Source: Octopus vulgaris
Lineage: Eukaryota
DNA length: 64,000 nucleotides
Assembly: GCA_951406725.2 (NCBI GenBank)
Contig: OX597823.1
Location: 28,086,001 to 28,150,000, forward strand
Reading direction: 5' to 3'
The notes beneath the pieces were generated by a model. That model saw only the letters and a program-made list of their open reading frames with translations, did no database searches and was not told the DNA's origin. Positions 14,550 to 25,840 of the stretch are shown one piece after another. The number at the start of each line of letters is the position of its first letter. Position 1 is the stretch's first letter. The translations under genes were made by a program, and so were the position numbers.

Positions 14550-14903
14550 TATTTTTGTTATTTTTTATTTGCCCTGTTCGTGTGAGCTAACAATCGTACT
14601 GACTTTCATGGGAAACATGTATTTTTGTGGTTGAAACCTTTTGGATTTACTAGTGCTAGAGTGAGCCACATAGTGACCACTCTCTTATATTTATTTTTGT
14701 ATAAAATATTATAATATATTATAAAATATTATAATAATCCAGGTTTCTTGGGGCACTGGGCCACTTGGTGTTGAATAGGTATACTATTAAATTAGTATCT
14801 AATTCTCTCACCCTTATTAATTAATTCATATATATACATATATATATATGTATGTATATATATACATACATACTTGAATGTGAAATTCCTTGAGAGTTCT
14901 GTT

Positions 14904-15000
14904 CATCCTGATGGTGGTGGTGGTGGTGGGGGGGCTTGCCGAGATGCGCTTTAACTTGCAATCGGACCGCAGCAGTGAACTCCCGAAATGGCCATAGGTG
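14904..15000 (+). ncRNA. Degenerate hammerhead interrupted by a (TGG)n expansion
   Basis: catc-CTGATG(g)-(tgg)n-ggg...ccc-GAAA-tggcca-TA-ggtg, with palindromic helix III atggccat. Confidence 0.45.
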
Positions 15001-15317
15001 TGGATTTTGACTTTCCATTTCTTGAAACTCTCTTACACTCCTTGGATATCGAACCTAACATGGATTACTTCATTTTTAAGAACTGACCATTTTGATATAT
15101 TTTTAATCGATGGGTAAATTTTTTAGCCAATTGATATGTGTTAATAATTCTTTTTAACCACCTACTATAATTATTTTTATATTACATGGAAAAATGCGAG
15201 CAAGGGAAATAATATTCCTAAGATTATAAACCTGGAAAAATACAGGACAAGTTATTAGACTTGGAAAAGTTCAACACAAGTTATTACATCTGGTAAAGTA
15301 CAGAAATTTTTAATGGA

Positions 15318-15390
15318 GAGTCAAAACTCCCAATTTATTCATCAGTCTCGTTTTCAGTGAAATTGGTGGATAAGTTGGGGGTTTTGACTC
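15318..15390 (+). other. 73-nt hairpin (pre-miRNA-sized foldback)
   Basis: 29 contiguous pairs, 5 of them G-U on the + strand. Confidence 0.6.
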
Positions 15391-15450
15391 ACTTTTCATG
15401 TAAGCTGGTGTTTCGTGTACCGTCTATTATAATTATACATATATATATAT

Positions 15451-15737
15451 CGAGGTTACCGTGGTCTTTTCCGTAGGCTTTTCTTTCCATGGGTAAACTT
15501 CACCTGTCCTCCCCTTTACACTTCATATTGACATTTCTGTGATAACGATCCCTATTGATCCAATTTTGTCCACCCCCACTTTTTTTTAATCCCACCCCCT
15601 TTTTTGTCCTCTTTCTTTCCATTTACGATCCCTTTTGATCGAAAACCAAATCCCCTTCTTTTACCCACAAAAGAAAAGCTCTACCTTGTAATTTTGTCCT
15701 GTCTGTGTGCAGCCCTGTGTGGATAATAAAGTAACAT
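15451..15737 (+). mobile_element. Tx1-like LINE, 3' UTR-only copy (copy 4)
   Basis: Matches 6709-7010 (cgaggttaccgtggtc...agccctgtgtggataataaag). Flanked by (TA)n. Confidence 0.9.
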
Positions 15738-15777
15738 ATATATATATTTATCTATGTATGTATACAAACAACAAAAC

Positions 15778-16076
15778 AAGTGGCACTCTGACGGTTACGA
15801 TGATGACCATTCCAATTGATATGATCAACTGGTCACGTGCTTTTGGCTGAGTACTCTAAAGACAGGCATACCCTTAATGTAGTTCCCAGAGAGGTTCGTG
15901 GCGACACGGGATGTGACAAGGATCGCCCTTTGAATTACGAGTGGAACTCATTTTTGTCAGTTGAGTGGACTGGAACAACGTGAAATAAAGTATCTTGCTC
16001 AAGGACATAACGTGTCGCCGGGAATTGAACTCACAAAATTATGATTGTGAGCTGAATACCTTAATCACTAAGCCTT
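15778..16076 (-). mobile_element. SINE family C (diverged)
   Basis: Homologous to 48361-48750 (gtggcactc...ggttacga...cccttaa.gtagttc). A tRNA-like head lies at the right end on the minus strand. Confidence 0.7.
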
Positions 16077-16278
16077 ATGATTAAAAGAAAAAAACAAACA
16101 AACCAAAAACGAAGAAAGAAACATTTAGAAAGAGTAAATAAAAGAACGAAAAGAGCGACAGGGCAGGAGAATGAATGGTAGAGAGAAAGAGCAAAAGATA
16201 GACAGACAGATAGATGGATGGATAGATAGACAGACAGACAAATAAATATTTAGTTAGATAAATAGACAGATATATAAT

Positions 16279-16330
<52 letters not shown>

Positions 16331-16607
16331 AAGATAGATTGACAGACACAGACAAAGGTAGATTAGGCAGAGCCAGAAATTAACGGTAGGAAAATATGGG
16401 GGGGAATAGAAAGAAATTTATTAATGTTTTCTGTACCCTTGCCTCATAAATTTGGAGAGCAAAATATGAAAGAAAATAATAGATTTCTGACTAATAAACT
16501 AGATTAGGTAGCATGTGTTGGCGCGATCACATGGCCAGGATACCAACATGTGACTAACTATAGTAGAACTCTAGTTAATTCATTAGCGGACAAGAATTTT
16601 ACAAGAT

Positions 16608-16654
<47 letters not shown>

Positions 16655-16815
16655 TACATACATACATACATACATACATACATACATACATACATACATA
16701 CATACATAGATCTCATTTACTTAATAATGGAATGTTTCTACTCCTAATGATGCATTTAAAGTAATGATCTCTCTGCATTTAATGGATCCTCAATACGAAC
16801 GCACGCTTTCGCAAA

Positions 16816-16894
<79 letters not shown>

Positions 16895-17189
16895 ATATAT
16901 ATGGATGCGCACGCATAAATATATACACTCATTGTTTATGTATACATTCATAATTCATATTCCTGTATATGTAAATATTTTTGCATGTTTGTATGCAAGT
17001 ATGTTTGTCAGTTATGAGTATGGTCGTGTGCATAACTAGCGCTTTGGAATTCACTTTGTAAGCATGTGGATTAGGTTTCAATTTCTCTATGCGTAGAAAT
17101 GCGTAGGAAACAAAACGCTAAAGCCTGCCTCCTGTATATATATGGATACAAATGGATAGATTGATAGATAAATAGATAGATATAGATAT

Positions 17190-17227
<38 letters not shown>

Positions 17228-17229
<2 letters not shown>

Positions 17230-17453
17230 TCTTTTATTCTTTTATTTGTTTCAGTCATTTGACTGCGGCCATGCTAGAGCACCGCTTTAGTCGAGCAAAC
17301 CGACCCTAGGACTTATTCTTTGTAAGCCTAGTACTTATTCTATCGATCTCTTTTGCCGAACCACTAGATGACGAGGACGCAAACACACCAGCATCGGTTG
17401 TCAAGCGATGTTGGGAGAGTGGGACAAACACAGGCACACAAACATATACATAC

Positions 17454-17488
<35 letters not shown>

Positions 17489-17640
17489 CATGACAGGCTT
17501 CTTTCAGTTTCCGTCTACCAAATCTACTCACAAGGCTTTGGTCGGCCCGAGGCTATAGTAGAAAACACTTGCCCAAGGTGCCATGCACTGGGACTGAACA
17601 CAGAGCCATGTGGTTGGGAAGCAAGCAGCTTACCACACAG
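17228..17640 (-). mobile_element. SINE family A
   Basis: Reverse complement of the 20247 copy. Confidence 0.9.
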
Positions 17641-17658
17641 CGAATCAATCCTGCGTCT

Positions 17659-17689
<31 letters not shown>

Positions 17690-17824
17690 CATACATACAT
17701 ACATGCATGCATGCATACATACATACATACATACATGCATGCATACATACATACATACATACATACATACATACATACATACAAACACACACACACATAT
17801 ATATATATAAATGGATGAATGAAT

Positions 17825-18915
17825 TATTCTTTGTTTACCGTTAACTAGGAAAATTCAATAACCAGTTACCAGGGTAGCAAAATTCACGCAATTAACAAGG
17901 ATGTAGCGACCTATTTAAAGGTAGAAACTCCGGGTAAATGTGCAGTAATTTGTATAGTATAAGTAAATAAATGGAGTTGAATGCAGGTGTTATTCAAAGT
18001 CTTTTACTTTCGACATTTGTTTCGAAGACAACATTGGTTTTATTCCAAAGGAATAAAAGGTGTAAAATAATGTAATCTTCTCATCAGGAAAGAAAGAGAA
18101 CCTATCTCAACAACAAGGCATTATAACAATTTTGATGACTGCATAAATGATAAACAGAACACTATTAAGTATTTAAAAAAATTGTTATGAGATCCGACGT
18201 CAAAGGCAGACCCTAGGAAGAGAAGGGGTAAAGAAATAATAAGTAGAGAACAAATAAAGATGGATATATTGGTTGAAAAAATGTTTAAAGGTTTGGAAGT
18301 AGATTTCTATTATAATGTCTTGTTGTTGAGATAGGTTCTCTTTTTTTCCTGATGAGAAGATTGCATTATTTAACACAGTTTATTCATTTGGAATAAAACC
18401 AATGTTGTCTTGGAAGTAGATTTCTCTATTGAAGTAAAGTGCAAGGTGAACTAAATGTTCAAACTATACAGACTGGTAAAATCACTTATATGAGCTAAAG
18501 GTATGTTTCTGCCAGTGCTTACATTTGTAAGATCACTCTAGAAGTGTGTTAACAGGGTGATTCTTAGCGAAGAGAATATGGAAGAGTTGAGAGTTGCAAA
18601 TGTTACAAAAACTTTTGTCCTTGTCATAAGGGAAAGGGATGGACAGGATGAACCAATCTAACTTAAAATCCTTATTGTTGTCTTTAAGATACCAAACCAA
18701 TTTACTTAGCCCTGTGCTATAAGGTTTACTGCTATCCCTAAATGAAGAATAATTATTGAAAATTATCTTAGATAACTGGGAAGAGGACACGCCAATATAG
18801 AATTCTTAATCTTAGAATTATTAGACATAAATTTAATTCTGTTGAGGGTTATCCTCAGAGACCAAAACTATGTTTTCCTAGTAATAGGAAATATCTGCGT
18901 TCAACTCCTTTTATT

Positions 18916-18923
<8 letters not shown>
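17825..18923 (-). mobile_element. Penelope-like element 3' portion: GIY-YIG remnant (18484-18830) plus hammerhead-containing pLTR, with an internal inverted pLTR piece
   Basis: Translation FYIGVSSSQLS...TGLSKLVWYLKDNNKDFKLDWFILS...CNICNSQ...YKCKH. 18310-18415 is the inverse of 18021-18126. The pLTR is homologous to 60630-61100. Confidence 0.85.
18007..18092 (-). ncRNA. Type I hammerhead ribozyme with extended helix II
   Basis: The minus strand reads ctttc-CTGATGA-gaaga-[47 nt]-tcttc-GAAA-caaatg-TC-gaaag, with a canonical core and 5-bp helices I and II. Confidence 0.85.
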
Positions 18924-19009
<86 letters not shown>

Positions 19010-19010
<1 letters not shown>

Positions 19011-19622
19011 CATAATTAAATCTCAGAATGAGATTGAAACAGTAATCGCTCGATAATGTAAAGTATAGAAGCCATCTCATCATGGCTAACCACATTGGGG
19101 AGGGGGTTGTTACTGTAGCTTTATAGCCCCAAGAGATCTTCGTCTCTAAACAACAATATAGGAATGGCCCTGATAGGCCATTCGACTCACTAGAAAGAGC
19201 AGCCAAACTCAAACCGCTAAATAGTTGTAATTCTGAAATTGGAAGAGAAATAAAAGCATTTACCCCTTTTCATCTCTGGACTATGCATAGTTTCGACAAA
19301 CTTAGGTAAACAAATAAATTAAATTAAATTAAATTTGCTTACAACTGGCGAGTCTCATCATTAATTTAATTAATTTGTTTACCTAAGTTTGTCAAAACTA
19401 TGCATAGTCCAGAGATGAAAAGGGGTAAATGTTTTTATTTCTCTTCCAATTTCAGAATTACAACTATTTAGCGGTTTGAGTTTGGCTGCTCTTTCTAGTG
19501 AGTCGAATGGCCTATCAGGGTCATTCCTATATTGTTGAACGTATATTATATAGTCTTTTACTATTTTTTCTTTCTCACTAGAGCGCTGGTAGCGGAGAAT
19601 TTCTTTGCTACCCTGATATTTA

Positions 19623-19625
<3 letters not shown>
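19010..19625. mobile_element. Non-coding element with 177-bp inverted arms and a truncated hammerhead
   Basis: 19151-19327 is the inverse of 19361-19537. The minus strand reads TGATGA-gac...gtc-GAAA-ctatgcatag-TC-cagag (19274-19360). (TA)n lies on both flanks. Confidence 0.75.
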
Positions 19626-19667
<42 letters not shown>

Positions 19668-19975
19668 TCATGTATACACGTATACACACACGCACACACA
19701 TGTTTATATGCATATGTTGACGTTTATTATATTATGCCCTATGCAAGCATAATTTAATGAAGTTCTCCCCTGACGAAACGTTGAGAATCTGCAGGCAAAG
19801 GTATTATGAAGAACCACTGGAGAAGATGCAATTAGCCAATTTTCAAAACGTTCGTGAGGCAGAAAGGGAACGAAGGTCATCTTGTATTCATCATACTTTT
19901 CCCTCGCTCTCACACACATATGCTCTCACGCGCGCACACACATATACACACACGAATATATATCTCTGTCCTGAA

Positions 19976-20041
<66 letters not shown>

Positions 20042-20246
20042 AAGGAATACAAAATTTGGGACAATAAGGCAAAACATCCAGACAGATGATACAAAAAAAG
20101 AAGCATCTGTCTGGATGGTTTGTTGTCCCATTTTTGTTTCATCTAACTGTGAGGATGTTTTACGTTCTTGTCCCATGTTTTGTATTCCTTTTTATATTCA
20201 TATGGCGGCGTACGTACACTTTGGTCTCTCTTATATATATACAATA

Positions 20247-20649
20247 GGCGCAGGAGTGGCTGTGTGGAAAGTAGCTTGCTAAACAACCACATGGTTCCGG
20301 GTTCAGTCCCACTGCGTGGCATCTTGGGCAAGTGTCTTCTGCTATAGCCCCGGGACGACCAATACCTTTTGAGTGGATTTGGCAGACGGAAACTGAAAGA
20401 AGCCTGTCGTATATATATATATATATGTATGTGTGTCTGTTTGTGTGTCTGTGTTTGTCCCCCTAGCATTGCTTGACAACCGATGCTGGTGTGTTTACGT
20501 CCCCGTCACTTAGCGGTTCGGCAAAAGAGACTGATAGAATAAGTACTAGGCTTAGAAAGAATAAGTCCCGGGGTCGATTTGCTCGACTAAAGGCGGTGCT
20601 CCAGCATGGCCGCAGTCAAATGACTGAAACAAGTAAAAGAGTAAAAGAG
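20247..20649 (+). mobile_element. SINE family A, full length
   Basis: ggcgcaggagtggctgtgtgg A-box-like and gggttcagtcc B-box-like motifs, conserved body, and a gtaaaaga tail repeat. Confidence 0.92.
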
Positions 20650-20656
20650 TATACAT

Positions 20657-20703
<47 letters not shown>

Positions 20704-21100
20704 GAGTGGCTGTGTGGTAAGTAGTTTACTTACCAACCACATGCTTCCGAGTTCAGTCCCACTGCGTGGAACTTTGGACAAGTGTCTTCTACTATAGCCA
20801 CCGACCGACCAACCAAAGCCTTGTGAGTGGATTTGGTAGACGGAACCTGAAAGAAGCCTGTCGTATATCTGTATGTGTGTGTATATGTTGTGCATCTGTA
20901 TCTGCCCCTCCAGCATCGCTTGACAACCGATGCTGGTGTGTTTGGGTCTCCGTAACATTAGCGGTTCGGCAATAAGTACTAGGATGGAATAAGTACTAGG
21001 CTTACAAAGCGTAAGTCCTGAGGTCGATTTGATTCGACTAAAGGCGGTGCTCCAGCATGGCCGCAGTCAAATGACTGAAACAAGTAAAAGAATAAAAGAA
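20704..21100 (+). mobile_element. SINE family A, second adjacent copy
   Basis: Diverged neighbour of the 20247 copy. Confidence 0.9.
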
Positions 21101-21116
21101 CATATATATATGTATG

Positions 21117-21164
<48 letters not shown>

Positions 21165-21306
21165 TGTGTTTCTTTCTATGGAATAGCGTAGGCTCGAAAT
21201 GTTAAAAACTTTTTCATTTCCTGAGCGTTATACTAATACATTTGTTTGTTGTTCACAGCACGTGTCTTCGTCTTTTGTTTTTTGGGTGAATTCTTCCTAT
21301 ATATAT

Positions 21307-21386
<80 letters not shown>

Positions 21387-22869
21387 AATAGATACATGCA
21401 TACGTACATATACATGTACATGTGCGTGCACACACGCAGAAACGTATATAGAAAGAAAGGAAAAAAGAGAGAAAGCGAGAGAGAGAGAGAGAAGGAGTGA
21501 AGGCCCTTCTAGGCTAATGGTTATAGTAATGAACTCACAGCCATAATATCATGATTTCGATTCGTGGACCAGGTAGTACATTGAATGAAATACATAGAAG
21601 CAGAAGTATAAAGCTAAATATAACAGCACCGTAACCTATGTCCAATCCAAACGATAGAAGCTGTCACGTTATTTATTGTAATATTTCCTTGTTTTAAAAA
21701 ATACATCAAAATGTCTTTTCTTAGATCGCAAGAATAATTTATATCTTTACAGGAAAAGATAGAAAGATAAATATTGAAAGTTAACTTGTACTTTGTATAA
21801 AATGGCCTCTAACGAACTTTAGTAGACTGTTGAGAAAGCTTGAGGAAATCGGTTCCATCTCGGCAGGTGTTTAGTGTTTCTTCTCCGACTCTTAGGAAGT
21901 CGAGTGTACCTCGCGGTCCTGTTAATGGATTTGTCTTCATCACCAGAGAGTACACTTCACTGCACTCACCTTTTCTACTTCAACGAAGGTTTAATCTATA
22001 AATCACATGACCATCTTTTGCCAGACGTTTGACTCTTCCACTTCCATAATCCGTGATTTTAAGCGTATGTTCGATTACATTTCTCAGAATTAGCAAAATA
22101 GTGATACCACACGTCCCAAAATAGAAATACTAATCTTATCTCTCTAATCCCTCTCAAATCAAATTCTGGCATTCAAAGAAAAGCAACAGCACAATTACTA
22201 GTTAGATACTCTTTGGTACAATAAAACTACAACGGCATGAGAGCGTATAGGAACCAACAACTACACAGTGTTTTGGCCGACTAAAATGTCACGTCAGATT
22301 ACCATTGATCAACTCTTTATCGTTTTTAAAATATTAGTCTACATACTCAAAACCAATCAGGACTACACAACAACCACCACACGTCTCATGGCTTTTCGGC
22401 TTCAATATAAACCAGAAGGTTCGAAACTGCTGGATGGCACCTATACGTGCATACATTGTGCCGTTTTGAGTGTCGTGGAAAGAACAACCTACCAATGGAA
22501 GGTTATGCAATAAGCTTTCAAAAGTATCAGGTTCTATGAATGAAATAACTGTTTGCTTTATGGACGTTTTTGGAGAATTAAAGTGGAGCTGGTTAGTGAC
22601 ATCCTACTTTGGACATCTCATCGTAGTCATCATCGCCCTGCCAAGCTACACGCTGTGGTCATCTGGTCTTTGTGGAAAACCTAATGAATCCAAGATTATA
22701 TCAATAATACCAAAGATATCTGCCTCTTCAACCATCTTTAAGTCAGCAAAATTAGGGTTTAAATGATATTTTGCTGCTACTTCTAGCAGGCTGGCTGATT
22801 ACATGAAAGTGTCCCAATGTCTTGAACTAAAGAATATCAAAAGATTGGTGGCCTAACTTCATTAGTTCC

Positions 22870-22998
22870 AGAAGAACTGAAGGAACGCTGCAATAAGTGT
22901 GTGAATCTGAGAGGGGAATATGTTGAATAAAATCATAATTAACTAATCCCCCTGTATTTTCTTTTACCCAAAGCAGGAACTTTTCAATACCTCCTCGT
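22870..22998 (+). mobile_element. Mariner 3' end fragment
   Basis: Encodes ...RCNKCVNLRGEYVE*, then a TIR-like aggaacttttcaatacctcctcg and TA. Confidence 0.6.
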
Positions 22999-23134
22999 AT
23001 ATTCAAATATGTACATATATATATATATAAGAATATATATAAATATATGTGGATATATACAGATGTATATATTAAGACATATATCATGATTTATTTGATG
23101 AGCCAATACACACACACACACACATATATATATA

Positions 23135-23870
23135 TAGGCTCAACCCATAAACAATGCCTGTTTTTCGGTTGCATGAACTAAAAGTCGGAGGGGGACGGGA
23201 TAAACTACTTGCACCAACTTGCTATAAAAGCCGGTAGTAATTTTACCTTGTACTTATTTTTAATGTAAGATTTGAAGAATGCAGTTCGATTATAACAGTT
23301 AATTTTCCAAAGCTGTAATGGAAGTGGAAAGAAGCATATTTGGCATATTTTGCTTTATGAGTTCAATAATGGCAACAACAGAACGGAAAGTGCGAGGAAT
23401 ATTAATGCAATAAATGGGGATCGGACAATAAGCGTAAGCCAGTGTCAACGGTAGTTCCAGAAATTCTGAGCCGGAAACTATAGCTTAGAAGATGAGCCTT
23501 GTCCTGGAAGATCTGTAGAGCTCAATGAGGACGTCCTGCAAACTCTGGTGGAATAAAATCTCATCGTAACTGCTGAGGAACTAACAGAGAAACTTGGATT
23601 TGGTCAATCAACCATTCATTGACACCGGCGTGCTATCGGAAAAGTCAGCAAAATGGGTCAATGGGTTCCCTACAAACATTCCGAGTCTAATCGCGTGCAA
23701 AAAGAGAATGTGTGCTCTTCTTTGCTGTCACGTCTCACGAATGAACCTTTTCTTTTGGACCGAATAATGACTGGTGACGAGAAATGGGTTCTCTATAATC
23801 TCTATAAAAATGCCGAGCGCCAGAGACAGTGGGTAGGGAAAGGGGAAAGATCGACACCCCAGGCTAACCT
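23135..23870 (+). mobile_element. Mariner transposon 5' half (pseudogenised)
   Basis: HILLYEF...SLEDEPCPGR...GQWVPYKH...DRIMTGDEKWVLY with in-frame stops. Truncated after the first catalytic D. Confidence 0.88.
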
Positions 23871-24659
23871 GTAACCATCCCCCATCCACCCAGGTGACCT
23901 GTGACTATCACCCACCCTGACTATTTTTACACCTGAAAACGAATACTTGATGACAATCGTATTTAAGGGATATATCATTAACGTTTATCATTTTTGGATA
24001 AAAGGAAGATTTTATACAGAAGAATTGCAATTCTTTTTATAACTGCAATACTCCAGCCAGATGAAAGACCCTTAGAAACTAGATCCAAGAACTTTGGATA
24101 TCTCATCGGGATCATCATAGCATTTATCGCCCTGCCAAGGTTTACGCTGTGGTCTTCTGCCTCTTCAACCACCATTAAGTCAACAAAATTCGAGTTTGAA
24201 TGATATTTTGCCGCCACTTCTAGCAGGCTGGCTGATTACGTGAAAGTGTTCCAAATGTGATTACGTGAGAGTGTTCTGAGAACTTTAAATGGTCTGTTAC
24301 ATAGTTTATCGTTTTATCTTCATGTCAAAATCTCTGTTACTTGATCGAGAAATATTCATGTAAACTAATTTTTATCTTCTTATCATTATAAAAAAATTTC
24401 ATGATCTGATCTGAATGTTTTTATGTATATTATTTCTTGACGCTTCACAGAGAATACACAAAGCGTCAAATCATTTTTTTTTTCATTATTCTCCCAGACT
24501 CTATCACTTGATTTGAATACATTTTTGTAAACTAATTTTTGACGCCACAGAGGTTACACAAAACATCATACTTTACTTTTGAAAATCTTTGCAATTAAGT
24601 GAAACCAGTTAAGTTAATAAATACTCTTAAAAGACACCTGCATTTTCAGATTATTTTCC

Positions 24660-24695
<36 letters not shown>

Positions 24696-24922
24696 CGTTT
24701 TTGGAATTGGTTTGCAAGATTCTTTATGTGAGTTCGTGTGTTGAAGCATATACTGCTGTGTCTGGGGAGAGCCATTCTCTTTTAGTGCCTCACTGGTAAA
24801 ATTTTAACTTATTTCTTTTTTATTTTTGTCTCTCTCTCTATATATATAAAAGAAATAAGTTGAAATTTTACCGATGAGTGAGTTATATGGCACTGAAAAT
24901 GATTCTCTTCAGACACAAGAGT

Positions 24923-24971
<49 letters not shown>

Positions 24972-25549
24972 TGTATGTGTGTGTGTGTGTATATGCCTAT
25001 TTGCATTCAGAGAACGATACGAAAGATATTCATCTGCAATGAAAATATATTTGAACTTCTACGCACCCCGTTGTGATAGAAAATGGAAACTGTCTCACTG
25101 TTATACAAATGAGGCAGAGCAATTTAGTTCTGCCCGTATATGAATAAGGTATGAGTGAACAGCTATTGCTTACAGTTCTCTGTTATGAAAGAAAACGGCC
25201 GCACGATCATTGACGAGAATTCAATGAAATTGAAACTATTCACGTTGATCTTTTCTCTGGTCATAAAGAGATAAACAATATCTTTATAAAATTTTTTCTT
25301 TACTTTGGCAACAATACTAAATTGTGTGTGTTTATTAAAACACATACGAGTTAGGTTAATCCTACATTTCAAATTGCACAAGGAAAAAAACCCTCTGTAT
25401 GAGACAATATTTATCAAGGTATACACACGCACAGACAAATACATCCCCACAAACTGACCCCATCATACAAATATAGGCGTACTTATATATCTATATATTC
25501 ATACGCATGCATATATACGTATGTATGTATATATATATGTATGTATGTA

Positions 25550-25585
<36 letters not shown>

Positions 25586-25639
25586 TGTATGTATGTATGT
25601 ATGTATGTATGTATGTATGCATGTATGTGTGTGTATATA

Positions 25640-25835
25640 TTTGTGTGATTGTTTGTCCCCCCCATTATCATTTGACAACTGATGCTGGTGTGTTTGCGTC
25701 CCCGGTTCGGCAAAAGAACCCGATAGAATAAGTACTAGGCCTGCAAAGAATAAGCCATGGAGTATATTTACTCGACAGCGGCCATGCACCAGCATGGCCG
25801 CAGTCAAATGACTGAAACTAATAAAAGAATAAGAG
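25640..25835 (+). mobile_element. SINE family A, 3' half
   Basis: ttgacaactgatgctggtgtg...gcatggccgcagtcaaatgactgaaac. Confidence 0.85.
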
Positions 25836-25840
25836 AAATA

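Larger units (their letters stand above)
13642..14825. mobile_element. Hammerhead-bearing non-coding retroelement: ~520-bp inverted arms plus partial tandem of a 535-bp monomer
   Basis: 13642-14163 is the reverse complement of 14173-14694 with only a few mismatches. 14173-14290 is repeated at 14708-14825. (TA)n lies on both flanks. Confidence 0.92.
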
